This document shows, in pieces, positions 26,881 through 39,946 of a stretch of DNA of 64,000 nucleotides. Numbering within the stretch: position 1 is the stretch's first letter; every line of letters starts with the position of its first letter. Source of the DNA: Squalus acanthias. Its lineage: Eukaryota. A model generated the notes under the pieces. That model saw only the letters and a list, made by a program, of their open reading frames with translations. It had not been told where the DNA came from and did no database searches. The stretch spans positions 110,238,001 through 110,302,000 of the forward strand of contig CM059431.1 of the NCBI GenBank assembly GCA_030390025.1, given 5' to 3'. Both the position numbers and the translations under genes were made by a program.

Positions 26881-27605
26881 CATTTATCTGATTGTTATTT
26901 GTGGGATCTTGTGATACCCAAAATAGCTGCTGCATTTGCCTACACAAGTCAGAGTCACTGTACTTCAAATTCAATGCATATGAAACACTTTGAAATGTTT
27001 AAGTCATAATGCGACACAATATAAAGATAAGCCTGTTATTTTTTTCAAAGAGATTCCTTTGATTTGTGCGGAATTAAAAAAAATAATTCTTCTGTCGAAC
27101 CCGAATGTCCTATAGTTCGATGCACTGCCATGATGTTGAGAGCTGTTGTCTTTGGGCAATGTGATCACATTTACCAGGCCCGATCAGTGGCACCTGACAG
27201 ACCATAATACCAACGTAAATCATCCCTGCCAGTTATGGCAGACTGTTGCAGATAGTAGTGGAGGTTCCAAGTCAAAACAAACTTTATAGCATGGTGTACA
27301 ATCATAACTTTTTAAAAAACACAAAATGATACATGCAAGACATGCTATTGTCTTTAATGGTTTATGAAGTAAAATGTACTAGCCATCTAGAATAATCCAC
27401 TTAGTACAACAGCACTGCAGCATAAAAGATGTGCAATATCACTTCTGTTTATGCGCTGTAAGTATGGGAATTTACCATCTTTCTCAACAGAATATTAACT
27501 TGTCGGTTTGTTTAAAAAAAAAATCTAAGAATGAATCTTTATATGTTGCGTAGGATTGCTCGTTACCTGGTGTGTGTTAAAAGACAGTAATATATCAGTG
27601 AATTT

Positions 27606-28045
27606 ACAACAACAACTTGCATTTATATGGCGCCTTTAATGTAGCAAAATATCCCAAGGTGCTTCACAGGAGCGTTTCAAACAAAATTTGACACCGAGCC
27701 ACATTAGGACAGTTGGTCAATGAGGTAGGTTTTAAGGAGCATCTTAAAGGAGGAGAGAGAGAGAGCGAGCTCGAGATCCGGGGAGGTTTAGGGAGGGAAT
27801 TCCAGAGCTTAGGGCCTAGGCAGCTGAAGGTGCGGCCGCCAATGGTGGAGCGATGGAAATCGGGGATGCTCAGGAGGCCAGAGTTAGAGGAGTGCAGAGT
27901 TCTCGAAGGATTGTAGGGCTGGAGGAGATAACAGAGGTAAGGAGAGGGCGAGGGCCATGGAGGGATTTGCAAAACAAGGATGAGAATTTTTAAATCGTGG
28001 CGCTGTCGGTCCGGGAGCTGATGTAAGCCAGCGCGTGCAGGGGTT
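27606..28045 (-). mobile_element. L2-clade LINE 3' end
   Basis: Reverse complement of the family at 11096-11618 (GGRTFSCLGPKLWNSLP). Confidence 0.8.
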
Positions 28046-28491
28046 AAGTTAAAGTGTAAGAGGTTTATCAACATCATGTGATTCCCTCAGATGTTGCATC
28101 CTTGAAACAATCCAACTTGTGTTCATCTCTAAGATGTATAGTAGGATGTCCAAACTGATTTTGTGGACCTCATCAGGTCCTCGAAGCTCAGCTGACCCTG
28201 TATTATTTCCTGGTTTGTCCTCTTTAAATTTTGGGGGCCTGGAGGTTTGTAAAGGGCTCTTCCGAGTGCTGTTGCCTCATTTGGTGGCTAAATCCTAAAT
28301 CGGTGTACAAAATCTATTCATTTCAGTAATTTGAACTGTATGCCAATTAATGGAGACATAAATTTAAAGCTTACAATGTGACCTCCAAGGCTTTATGGTA
28401 CCTTCTATTCAAAGACAATTAAGTTTGGAAGTCCTGATATACAGTTTTTCTTGTTATCAAGGTAAAAGTATAATTCAATAGGCTTATAATA

Positions 28492-29641
28492 GGCTTGCCA
28501 ACAAAGTTGAAGCCCATGGAATAAAAGGGACAGTGGCAGCATGGATACGAAATTGGCTAAGTGACAGGAAACAGAGAGTAGTAGTGAACGGTTGTTTTTT
28601 CGGACTGGAGGAAGGTATACAGTGGTGTTCCCCAGGGGTCGGTACTAGGACCACTGCTTTTCTTGATATATATTAATGACTTGGACTTGGGTGTACAGGG
28701 CACAATTGCAAATTTTGCAGATGACACAAAACTTGGAAGTATAGTGAACAGTGGGGAGGATAGTGATAGACTTCAAGAGGACATAGGCAGGTGGGTGGAA
28801 TGGGCGGATATGTGGCAGATGAAATTTAAAGCAGAAAAGTGCGAAGTGATACATTTTGGTAGGAAGAACGAAGACAGGCAATAAAAACTAAAGGGTACAA
28901 TTCTAAAGGGGGTGAATGAATAGAGAGACCTGGGGGTATATGTGAACAAATCATTGAAGGTGGCAGGGTAGGTTGAGAAAGTGGTTAAAAAAGCATGTGG
29001 GATCCTGGGCTTCATAAATAGAGGCATAGAGTACAAAAGCATGGAAATTATGATGAACCTGTATAAAACACTGGTTCGGCCTCAACTGGAGTATTGTGTC
29101 CAATTCTGGGCACAGCACTTTAGGAAGGATGTGAAGGCTTTAGAGAGGGCTCAGAAAAGATCTAGAAGAATGATTCCAGGGATGAGGGACTTCAGTTACG
29201 TGGATAGATTGGAGAAGCTGGGGTTGTTCTCCTTAAAGCTGAGAAGGTTGAGTGGAGATTTGATAGAGGTGTTCAAAATCATGAGAGGTCTAGACAGAGT
29301 AGTTAGAGAGAAACTGTTCCCATTGGCGGAAGGGTCGAGAACCAGAGGACACAGATTTAAGTTAATTGGCAGAAGATCCAAAGGCGACATGAGGAAAAAC
29401 TTTTTTTACGCAGCGAGTGGTTATGATCTGGAATGCACTGCCTGAAAGGGTGGTGGAGGCAGAATCAATTGTGGCTTTCAAAAGGGAATTGGATAAGTAC
29501 CTGAAGGAAAAAAAAATGCAGGGCTACGGGGAAAGGGCGGGTGAGTGGAACCAGCTGAAGTGATCTGGCTGAGAGCCGGCACGGGCTCGATGGGCCAAAT
29601 GGCCTCCTACTGTGCTGTAACCATTCTATGATTCTATGATT
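28492..29641 (+). mobile_element. CR1 3' third, decayed
   Basis: IYINDLD...FADDTKLG and LVRPQLEYCVQFW with in-frame stops, plus an (ATTCTATG)n tail. Confidence 0.9.
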
Positions 29642-29844
29642 CAGCATGCCATCCAATTGTGCCACATTGAGAAACTTTGCACATACACTACAATACCAAA
29701 TAGCAAAAACGAATCTCCACCATAGCTGTATCACAAGCACTTTACAATTTTCTTATGACAACTGTGGGGGCTGGGGCCGGGGGGTTGGGTGATTTCTTCC
29801 TGTATCTGCAACAGGTACTTTAGTGCCAGATTGAATCTTAGCGC

Positions 29845-30933
29845 ATCAGCTGTGGCTCAGGTGGTAGCACTCTTGCTTCTGAGTCAGAAGGTTGACCACT
29901 CCAGAGACTTGAGCACAAAAATTCAGGCTGACACTCCAGTGCAGTGCTGAGGGAGTGCTGCACTGTCGGAGGTGCCGTCTTTCAGATGAGACGTTAAACC
30001 GAGGCCCCGTCTCAGGTGGACATAAAAGATCCCGTGGCACTATTTCGAAGAAGAGCAGGGGGAGTTATCCCTGGTGTCCTGGCCAATATGTATCCCTCAA
30101 CCAACATCACTAAAACAGATTATCTGGTCATTATCGCATTGCTGTTTGTGGGAGCTTGCTGTGCGCAAGTTGGCTGCCGCGTTTCCTACATTACAACAGT
30201 GACTCCACTTCAAAAGTACATCATTGACAGTGTCAGCCATGGCTCAGTGGGTAGCACTACACTTCAAAAAGTACTGCATTGGCTGTAAAGCGCTTTGGGA
30301 GGTCAGGTAGATGTGAAAGGTGCTATAGAGAGTCATAGAGTTATACAGCACAGAAAGAGGCCCTTCGGCCCATCGTGTCTGCGTCGGCCATCAAGCCCTG
30401 TCTATTCTAATTCCATTTTCCAGCACTTGGTCCGTAGCCTTGTATTCTATGGCGTTTCAAGTGTTCATCTAAATGCTTCTTGAATGTTGTGAGGGGTTCC
30501 TGCCTCTACCACCCTTTCAGGCAGTGAGTTCCAGATTCCAACCACCCTCTGGGTGAAAAAGTTTTTCCTCAAATCCCCTCTAAACCTCCTGCCCCTTACC
30601 GTGAAACTAGGCCCCCTTGCTATAGAAATGCAAAAGTGAGAAGTCGCACAACACCAGGTTATAGTCCAACAGTTTTATTTGAAATCACAAGCTTTCGGAG
30701 TGTCACTTCACCTGACCAAGGAGCAGCCGCTCCGAAAGCTTGTGATTTCAAATAAAACTGTTGGACTATAACCTGGTGTTGTGCGACTTCTCACTTTTGT
30801 CCACCCCAGTCCAACACCGGCATCTCCGCATCATAGAAATGCAAGTCTTTCTTTGTTATTGGCTGTAAAGTGCTTTGGGACATCCGGTGGACGTGAAAGG
30901 TGCTATATAAATTGCAAGTCTTTTCTTTCTTTT
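29845..30933 (+). mobile_element. DeuSINE with nested CR1 3' end (30330-30617, minus) and Penelope fragment (~30631-30832)
   Basis: TGCTATAGA is duplicated at 30321-30329 and 30618-30626. ATAGAAATGCAA is duplicated at 30622-30633 and 30833-30844. Confidence 0.75.
30631..30799. repeat. Perfect 70-bp inverted repeat with 29-nt spacer (inverted Penelope pLTR)
   Basis: 30631-30700 is the exact reverse complement of 30730-30799. Confidence 0.9.
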
Positions 30934-30997
30934 TGAATCTTATCTGATCATGTACCTGCTGTAATATGTAACTTGACACCTCAATATTTCTGTCAGA

Positions 30998-31090
30998 GCC
31001 CGCCCCTCTGCCCCTCGCCGATTGGTGACTTGGCAGATCACTCGGACGGGTAGGGGCTAATGATTGGCGGACTCGAGTGCCAATCAGGCC
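30998..31090 (+). promoter_or_regulatory. KLF5 proximal promoter: GC box plus three CCAAT boxes, no obvious TATA
   Basis: GCCCGCCCC at 30998-31006, ATTGG at 31021-31025 and 31063-31067, CCAAT at 31080-31084. CpG-rich and ~250-330 bp upstream of the ATG. Confidence 0.7.
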
Positions 31091-31330
31091 GAGCCTGGAA
31101 TACAGCAGTGGAAGGGAAAAGAGTGTCAAAGTGCCAGAATGTGTTTGGACACTCGGCATTCGCTGGGCGCGAGTGAAGGCTTCGCAAAGGGGCGCGACAG
31201 ATGCTGATCGGCCGCAACTGCAAAGGTTTTCTTGGTTGCTAAAACTGAACCTCACTCACTTCACTCACTCTAACACACACACACACAGACACCACATACA
31301 CACCCTCGCAGCCCTGTGTGTGTGGAGCAG

Positions 31331-31504
31331 ATGGCCAGCAGCATACTCAGGGGCGCTTTGGGCGGGGGCAGCCCGGAGGAGCCCGTCTTCACTCAACTCA
31401 AGCCGGTGAGTCTTGTCAGCGAGGAGCAGGCGGCGATGTTCGAGGGCATGAAGAGTGCACCGAGGATGCTGGCGGCGGAGAGCCAGGCGGACGATCTGGC
31501 CCAG
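31331..31504 (+). CDS. KLF5: KLF5 coding exon 1 (58 codons, phase 0)
   Basis: ATG at 31331 gives MASSILRGALGGGSPEEPVFTQLKPV...DDLAQ, resembling the KLF5 N-terminus (human EPVFAQLKPV...EDLVQ). Donor CAG|GTACGG at 31504/31505 joins in frame to TRCEMEKY of exon 2. Confidence 0.9.
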
Positions 31505-32375
31505 GTACGGCTCCAGGGGGCAGGGCGCAGTGCCAGGGTTACCTGACAACATTCGTGTCTTCCTCAGAGAAACTCGAGAGAGAGAAAAAAAAACTTTTTT
31601 TCTTTTTAAAAAAAACAAAAAAAGTTCTTGGAAACCCAACCTGCCCTTCCAGCCATTGGGAAACAACTTTGTATAAAACTTTCCCCACCCACCTTTCCCA
31701 TCGCAGAAGTTTCTTATCTTGTTTTTTTTACCTCGCTTGAGAATAAACGTGTGTTTGTAAAAGTTGGGATTCTTTTTCAGGAAGTGCTGGAATGGAACAC
31801 TTTCTGATCTCCCAAGTTTTTTTCTTCCGTTTAACCTAATTTAAATTCCTATGGCTTCAAACTTATTAAGTTACCGAAGTCCCTAAAACGTTTTTAAGAA
31901 GGGGGTGGGGGGGAAAAAACCCCGCCACACTTGTTGTGGGGGGTGGAAAGCCTCTCCCGCCCATTCTTGCAGGCACTGCCTGTTAATGCTAATGTGGGCA
32001 GACTGCGGTGAGCAGCCAGTGCATGCTGCTGTGTGGAGATCTCGGTGTCTCCCAAGTTGGCATTAGACTTCAAACCGGACCCCATTTCTTCCGGGGGGGG
32101 ATGGAGCCAGTTGTGAGATGCTGCTGCACTGTAGTTGCAGCCTCTCGGTACTGACTTCCACCGTGTCCTGAGTTAAAAGCACGTTAAACTGGAAGGGGTT
32201 GTGGTTTTTTTGTTGCGCTGAAATTGTAAAGGAAGCAGAGTTTGCATCGTTTAGCTGGTAGTGCATTGATTTGAAGATACACAGTATAGTTGGATAGGCA
32301 ACCCCACGATTGCATCTGCACTGCCTCCCAGTTATAGGTCAACAGGCGGGAGTGGCTCCTTCATGTAAACTGGCA

Positions 32376-33052
32376 AAGGAAGACATGCATTTCTATAGCG
32401 TCTTTCATGACCTCATAGGATATACGGCACAGAGACAGGCCATTCGGCCCAACCAGTCCATGGCAGCATTTATGCTCCACTCGAGCCTCCTCCCGTCTTT
32501 CCTCATCTAAATCGATCAACATCACCCTCTATTCCCTTTTCCCTCATATGCTTGTCTAGCCTCCCCTTAAATGCATCTACACTATTTGCTTCAACCACTC
32601 CCTGTGGTAGCGAGTTCCAAACCTCAGGACATCCCAAAGCGCCTTACAGCCAATTAAGTACTTTTTCCAAGTGTAGTCACTGTTGTAATGTAGGAAACGC
32701 AGCAGCCAATTTGCGCACAGCAAGCTCCCACAAACAACAATGTGATAATGGCCAGATAATCTGTTTTTGTGATGTTGGTTGAGGGATATTGGCCAGGACA
32801 CCGGGGACAACTCCCCTGGCTCCTCTAAGAAAAATGCCATGGGATCTTTTACGTCCAGCTGAGAGAGCAGACGGGGGACCTTGGTTTAACGTCTCATCCA
32901 AAAGACGGCACCTCCGATAGTGCAGCACTCCCTCAGCACTGTACTGGAGCGTCAGCCTAGATTTATGTGCTCATGTCTCGGGAGTGGGACTATGAACCCA
33001 CAACCTTCTGACTCAGAAGGCAAGTGTGCTACCAACTGAGCCACAGCTGACA
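32376..33052 (-). mobile_element. DeuSINE with nested CR1 3' end (~32414-32620), KLF5 intron 1
   Basis: Reverse-complement SINE head at ~33050 and tail at ~32376. Confidence 0.75.
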
Positions 33053-34065
33053 CAGTGCAATGGTAGTGTTGCAGCGGGTTAAAGTGATGGGATGTGTGTG
33101 GAGAGGGGCAACGTGTTCCCCATCTCCCCCAGACTATACAATGTGCAGTATGCACCAGGCGAGGGCGAGGATGTGTTTTTTATTTGAATTATTATTATTT
33201 TTTTGGTGGCTGGCTGAGAATGCTGCAGCTGGTTTAGCACTTGCCGTGTAGCATCTGACCCTCTCCTCGCCCACACAGCGAGTCATTGAGACCAGAAAAA
33301 ACTTCCCAGCACTTTGAAACTCTCCCTGAGCCACTGTACCCAAAATATGCCAACGACAGCTGGAAGATCTATAATCAGAAAACTCTAAACGTGTGGCCAG
33401 CACCAAACTTTGTAACATTTTTCAAGGGGTTGATAGAATCCGAATTCACTGCATAGTTGTTCGAGTACAGTCATTGATCAGATTTTCCATTAGTCAGCTG
33501 ATTTTCTTTGGCGGGTGTGTGTGGGGTGGAGGGGGGGGGTTATTGCTAAAAAATATTTGGCATTATGTAGAGGTTTTTACAGATGAAGGGGGAATGTAGC
33601 ATTCGTATCTTCAACGGCACTGTGCTTGATGAATGTTTTCCCGATGACTGAAAACCCACCACCCGCCGGCTGTGTTGATCTGTGTGTCAGGCCATTACCC
33701 AATAGTGTTTTCTATTTCAGATATTTTGATCTGTTTTGGAAAATATTTGAACAACTGTCTTGCAGTTTAAGTTTTACTTCAACTTTTTTTGAACTCATAA
33801 GGAATGTAGAACTTTATTTCCCCTGTATACCGTAAAGGTATGGTAAAGCTTTATTTATGTATTATTTTAATGGAATTTTTTTTTTAAACTTAGTGCTCTC
33901 CCTAAGTAATTAAGTATGCTGTTTCACTTCAAATGGTAGCCCGCACATCATAATCCTTACACTTAATTCTTTCGATATTTTGTAATTGGTTATTAAAAGT
34001 GCCAAGCAATATGGATGTGTTTGCATGAAACATTTTAAGATTAAGGCTCTCTCATTTTAAAGTTT

Positions 34066-34512
34066 ACATAAGAACATAAGAAATAGGAGCAGGAGTCGGC
34101 CATTTGGCCCCTCGAGCCTGCTCCGCCATTCAATAAGATCATGATGCGGAGATGCCGGTGTTGGACTGGGGTGGACAAAAGTGAGAAGTCGCACAACACC
34201 AGGCTATAGTCCAACAGTTTTATTTGAAATCACAAGCTATCGGAGCGCTGCTCCGCTCTTGCGCTCAAAGCCACTTCCCTGCCCGCTCCCCATAACCCTT
34301 CACTCCCTTATCTTGCAAAAATCTGTCTATCTCCACCTTAAATGTATTTAATGACCCAGCCTCCACGGCTCTCTGGGGCAGAGAATTCCACAGATTTACG
34401 ACCCTCTGAGAGAAGAAATTCCTCCTCATCTCAGTTCTAAAAGGGCGACCCTTTATTCTGAAACTATGCCCCCGAGTTCTAGATTTCCCCACGAGGGGAA
34501 ACATCCTCTCTG
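34066..34512 (-). mobile_element. CR1 3' end with nested Penelope pLTR fragment (~34141-34255)
   Basis: MFPLVGKSRTRGH...WNSLP. The insert is the reverse complement of ~30720-30834. Confidence 0.8.
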
Positions 34513-35984
34513 CAATTCGTATTCGTATTCAAGTGGTTCAAAAGATCAGAGCAAAACAAGTAAAGGAATAAGAAGCAGCTGGATTAGGTTGCTGTTGTGA
34601 GAGTGCAGTGAAATGTTTCTGGTATGCTGGAGGTGGCTGCTAATTCCTGGTACCAGTTTCAGATGACTCTGTAGAATCCTATCCCAAACAAATGGAACGG
34701 GCTAGATTTGCAAGCTGCCAAAAGTTCATGTGTATGGTAGACCCCTATTAAAGATGTGTACCTGTGTTAAGCATGCCTAGTGTTGTTACTGGACATGTTT
34801 AATGTATTGATACCAATGTCGTTTAAGAAAAAGTGCAGTAAGGTTATATGACACTGTTAATTCATCACCTCAAATTGATTTCACTAAAGTGAAAGACAGG
34901 TGATATTGATTGAGGGATAAATATTGACCAAAACACCGGGGATAACTCCTCTGCTCTTCTTCGAAATAGTGCCATAGGATCTTTTACGTCCACCTGAGAG
35001 AGCAATCAATATCACCAGTACTTCACCCTAGTGTTGTGTAACTCAGTTAGTACTGATACAATCTGTAATTGAACTGCTAAGTTTTCTTTTAACAGTTCCA
35101 AGTGGATGTAGTATGAAAACTTTACATGCCCCACCATTATTTAACTGAAATCCTTGTGACAGCACTAAGCTGGCAAGCTTCAGCCGCATCAATTTTGCTT
35201 TAACCCTTCCAGTGAATGTCATTAACATGCCTGCCTTGTCGGGAAAAGCCACCAGTTTTCAACAGTGTTATGGATTGTGCAATCTAATTGTTGCTTGATG
35301 CTTGCTCAGTGCAAAACTTGCTCATAAACTCGGTTTTTAATATAGCTTTTAATTGTGCAGGTGCATGTCTCACAGTTCACCTTGTAACTTCTGACTGTGC
35401 ATTTAGAAACTTAGCAATAAGATACAGTTTTCTCCCATATGTTACAAACCTGCTCAAAGGTTCAGAGTTCAGTTTTGGGATTACATAATTTTTGTCTCAT
35501 GTTGCCATTACCAGTTTTTCATTCCAGAATTTATGAGGAACTGAAAAGTTAAGAACCTTTATTGGCATGAGCGCACAGATTGTGAATTTGAAGTTGACCT
35601 CTCCAAACTAATGATGTTGGAAATAAGTGTCCTAATTGACAAATATATTGTGTGTGTGTGTCGTGGGGGGGGGGGGGGGGGGGCGGGGGGGGGTGGAGGA
35701 TGTGGGGGTGGGGTGAAGAAGAGAGAAGGGGTTTAAAAAATATATTATTTAAAATTTTCTCCTAACATTTGAAGTTCCAGACATGTGATTATGGATATTT
35801 AGGGTGGAAACCAGCCATGGTGGGCTTTCAGTAGTTGGTCCTTATTGTGCTGATTGGGGATCTGACACTTTCCAATTCCAGATGTTGACTGCTAGAAACA
35901 ATTATAGTCTGGTCCTCAAAGGTAATATAACAAAGTTCATTGCAGGCCAGGGGTAGAGTTAAGATTAGTGTTTGTGAGAATTTA

Positions 35985-36360
35985 AAATTCTCGTCCTAGT
36001 GTTCAAATCCCTACATGGTCCGCCCCTCCCTATCTCTGTAACCTCCTCCACCCCTGCCACCCTCTGAGATCTCTTGTGTTCCTCCAATTCTGGTCTCTTG
36101 TGCATCCCCGATTTCCATCGCCCCACCATTGTCAGCCCTAAGCTCTGGAATTCCCTCCCTACACATCTCCGCCTCTCTACCTTTCTCTCCTCCTTTAAGA
36201 CGCTCCTTAAAACCTACCTCTTTCACCAAGCTTTTGGTCACCTGCCCTAATTTCTCCTTACGTGGCTCGGTGTCAAATATTGTCTGATAACGCTCCTGTG
36301 AAGCACCTTGGGATGTTTTACTATGTTAAAGGTGCTATATAAATGCAAGTTGTTGTTGTA
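35985..36360 (+). mobile_element. L2-clade LINE 3' end
   Basis: Same family as 11096-11618. Confidence 0.8.
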
Positions 36361-36379
36361 AGGATAACAATTTCTGCTT

Positions 36380-36827
36380 AGTGTCAGCTGTGGCTCAGTG
36401 GGTAGCACTCTCACCTCTGAGTCAGAATGTTGTGGTTTCATAGTCCCACTCCAGAGACTTGAGCACAGAAATCTAGGCTGACACTCCAGTGCAGTGCTGA
36501 GGGAGTGCTGCACAGTCGGAGGTGCCGTCTTTCAGATGAGACGTTAAACCGAGGCCCCGTCTGCTCTCTCAGGTGGACGAAAAAGATCCTATGGCACTAT
36601 TTCGAAGAAGAGCAGGGGAGTTCTCCCTGGTGTCCTGGCCAATATTTATCCCTCAACCAACATAACAAAAACAGATTATCTGGTCATTATCACATTGCTG
36701 TTTGTGGGAGCTTGCTGTTTGCAAATTGGCTGCCGCGTTTCCCACATTACAACAGTGACTACACTCCAAAAGTTCTTCATTGGCTGTTGGTTGTGAAAGG
36801 CGCTATAGAAATGTAAGTCTTTTTTTC
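36380..36827 (+). mobile_element. DeuSINE (SacSINE1-like)
   Basis: Complete head, core and tail. Confidence 0.85.
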
Positions 36828-39081
36828 AACGTAACCTAGTCAGAGTTGGCTGGCTAATGATCCAACCACGTATGTCATAGAGCAATTCTATTCCAGTTCT
36901 TTAAAAATAAAAAAATCCCGTACTGTGTTTTTTCCTGGACTTGTCTTTAAATTTTCTTAGAGAAACCAGAAGTGAAGTATAAGTGCGCAAAGAATACAAG
37001 ATAAATCAGGAAGTAGAGATTAGGTGTCTAAGTTTTAAAAGTGTAGGTGGAAGTAAAGATTGAGACAGGTAAAGTATTTCATCATTTTGAGGTCCCAAGA
37101 AAGAATAAGTTGAAGTAAGAGACTGTGTGATGATTCTTTATTTCTACACCATAGGATGTAGGGAGCAGGAAGAGAGGTATAACATGGTGTAATTGGAGCT
37201 CAGAAAGAACAACAGAGGGAAGTTCAGAGGATCACCAGCTCAAGGAGTATTGACAAATGAAGAAAGTTAAGAAAGATAACCGGGAAAGAGATTGGAAACT
37301 AGATGTGAGAGGTTGTCAATCAAGAAATTAGCTTTTGCTTGCATCCTGTCCAGGAGTGTGTTAGAGCCTTTCTAGATATCAACATTTTTTGAAGTCTTGA
37401 GCTGCTATTACGCTATTATTTTAACCGATTCTGGGAGCGCTGTGCCCATGAGCTAGTTCCTGGCATTTATGTTGTTCAGTCGATTTTCTGTGGCTCAGCA
37501 GCAGACTTAAAGACCCAGGTAAATGGGTTTACAAGTATGTCACTGGGCGATGGGAAACTGATTTTATAGCATTCATGCCAGGAGCTGGCTTTGAGAATCC
37601 GAATAAAAGAAACATATTAAAAGCACTTTTTGATAGACTTGGGCTTCATAGAGAGGTAATAGATGTTGAGGAGCAGCAGGAAAGTAAGTTTAGCAATGAC
37701 TGAGATGTGAGGGTTTCAGTTGAGGTCAAAGAAGGTCTGAGAGGCTAAGACTGTTGATCAATGAAGGACTAAGAGATGGTAGCAGCTGGTTAGACTTTGA
37801 AGGAATAGGAACGTTATGGAAGAACAGTCTCCGTACTTTATAAATTAAGATTATCAGGGATAAATTTAATTTTGTTTGGTGTGAATTAAGCAAAGGGGAT
37901 ATCTATCTTTCACCTGCCATGATTACTGTTAGAATTCTGTGTGTAATATGTCATGAATAAACACTGCAGCTGGTGATTGATTTTCAAGTGACAAACAGAT
38001 TTAGCTAAAGGTCATTCACACAATCATGTGAAAAAATGATTGGCTGATGACTTAGCAGAAGCAACAGGGAGAAACTAATCTAATTGGCACAGTGGTAATA
38101 AATCGTACTGAGGCAACGGTATTATAAGCCGCATTCAAATGTTTGCCCACCAAATATTGATCCACTTTGCTAATCTTCCTTCCTTCTTCTCTGCTCACTG
38201 TACAGTGTTGCATTCCATTCAAGACTAAACAAGCAAGTTTACCAAAATTCAGATATTTTCTGAGGGTGACCGTACTTTTCACCATTGCATCTCATTCTTT
38301 CCTTTCTGCTCAAAGCTGAATGGGGAAGCGATGCAGAAAGGCAAACGTGCTCGTTTAGTATCGACTGCGACCAGTGTTTTTGTAACTCTTGTATTAAGCG
38401 GTGTGCATCCAGTATCAGGCAGGGGCTCCTCTTGCACTTATGCGTTAATCACACCCGCTACATATGTGCCCGTGATTATTGTGCAGAGCTAATTTGGGTT
38501 GTTCCACAAAATAGCAAATCCACACCGAGAGAACTCATTTTATAACCTGTGTCATTTTTTTTTCCTGTTGACAATTCGCAAAATGAATTCTGGTTCTGTC
38601 AGAGGCCAGGCATAATTTTCTCATTGACAATTATACAAAGGATGGGCTGGATAAATATTGGGTTTTAATGCTTTTATGTATGTTTTTATACAAGTTTTTA
38701 AAGGTGTTTTCCTTCGGGATGGAAGAGGGGGAGCGGGTAAATGAGCAGCACGGAAAACTACTGAACATTGTGGCTAAAGCTGAAGTTTCAAGCTGGTTTC
38801 TTTAAATAATCTTTTAGCCATATTGAACACTCGGAAGATGATCATACAGTTCCTTGTCTTGCAACCTTCCCTCTTAGTTACCCATTAATGACCCGAAGCA
38901 CAACAATAAAGCCACCAGAAAGTCTAAAGTGGTTTCAGAAGGTGCAAAATAGTTAATGTTTCAGTGTAAGTGGGGCACAGTTAAATGCTTAGGGTTTCCT
39001 AATACCATCTGTCACATAATTAATTTAACAAATTTGAGTTCAGTCAAAACAGGAATCGTTTTTTTTATTTTTAAATCTCTT

Positions 39082-39760
39082 GGGGGGGGTGGGGGGGAAT
39101 TGGGTGGCGCCCATTTTGGGGCGTTAACGTCGCCGGGGCGCTAATTTTAGCGTCCTGAAAAAGTTAGCGCCCCCACGCCGTAAGTTCAGTAGTAGCGCCC
39201 CAAGCAGGAGGTGGGGCGCGACGGGAAAGTGCTCCACCTCCTGCCTGGGGCGCTACTGAATCTCGCGCTGTAGCGCTGCGTCATTGCAGGCCTCCCCCCC
39301 TGATTAAAGGGGAGGGGCCTAGCGCTGCGCACACCGGGGCCCTGCTGGACCACCGGGGAGCGGGGTGCCGTGAAAACAGCCCGGCACTCAAGAGGGGTGC
39401 CGGGCTGAGCGATCGCGGCCGGCACCCCGAAGAAAAAAGCGAAAGTGGGCAGGTGCTGGCAGTCGGCCAAAATAAAAATGGTCGCCCGACACCTGCCCTT
39501 TAACTTGCGCCGCTGCCAAACCGCCCCCTGATCCTGTCGCACATATCGTGCGGCGATAGGTCAGGGGGCGCAAGGGAAGTTTGCGGCCGGGGCGCTGTGT
39601 GCGGCGATTACATCATCGCCAGCACTGCGGGGCGCTACCGGCTACCGCCGCCACTAGACTCCCGCTGAATTTCGTGGGAGGCGTTAGCAGCGCCGCGCCC
39701 GGGTGCTAGGGGATTTGCACCCTGTTAGCGCCCAGGCACAAACCAATCCAATCTTCCCCC
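39082..39760. mobile_element. GC-rich Harbinger-type MITE
   Basis: GGGGGGGAATTGGG and CCAATCTTCCCCC ends, TSD CTT at 39079-39081 and 39761-39763, and GCGC-rich motifs shared with family B. Confidence 0.65.
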
Positions 39761-39946
39761 CTTTATGTCTCCATGTGTGTCTGTTCCTGTTCCCCACTCG
39801 CTTTCTTGTGTTACCCTCATTCATGCTTTCTTGCCTTTGCTCGCTCTGTCTCATTCCAGATGTTGTGCAATTTTTAAAAATAAAAAAGCACAAACAAAAT
39901 ATTTAATAAACAATTCCTTAATTTTGTTCAAATTTCAATGGCTTTC

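Larger units (their letters stand above)
26030..27035 (+). mobile_element. Degenerate DeuSINE interrupted by a Penelope fragment
   Basis: SINE head at 26030; the body resumes at 26881. Confidence 0.6.

Noticed and set aside
35650..35715. Long G-runs as a functional G-quadruplex (also ~3959-3976 and ~4410-4510)
   Set aside because: Simple low-complexity tracts, prone to sequencing error, with no independent support.
36990..37830. Possible very old minus-strand LINE RT remnant (similar hints at ~41950-42670 and ~46800-47900)
   Set aside because: Too degenerate to classify or delimit by eye.
39082..39760. CpG island or alternative KLF5 promoter
   Set aside because: Bounded by inverted ends and a TSD and shares motifs with other MITEs, so it is transposon-derived.
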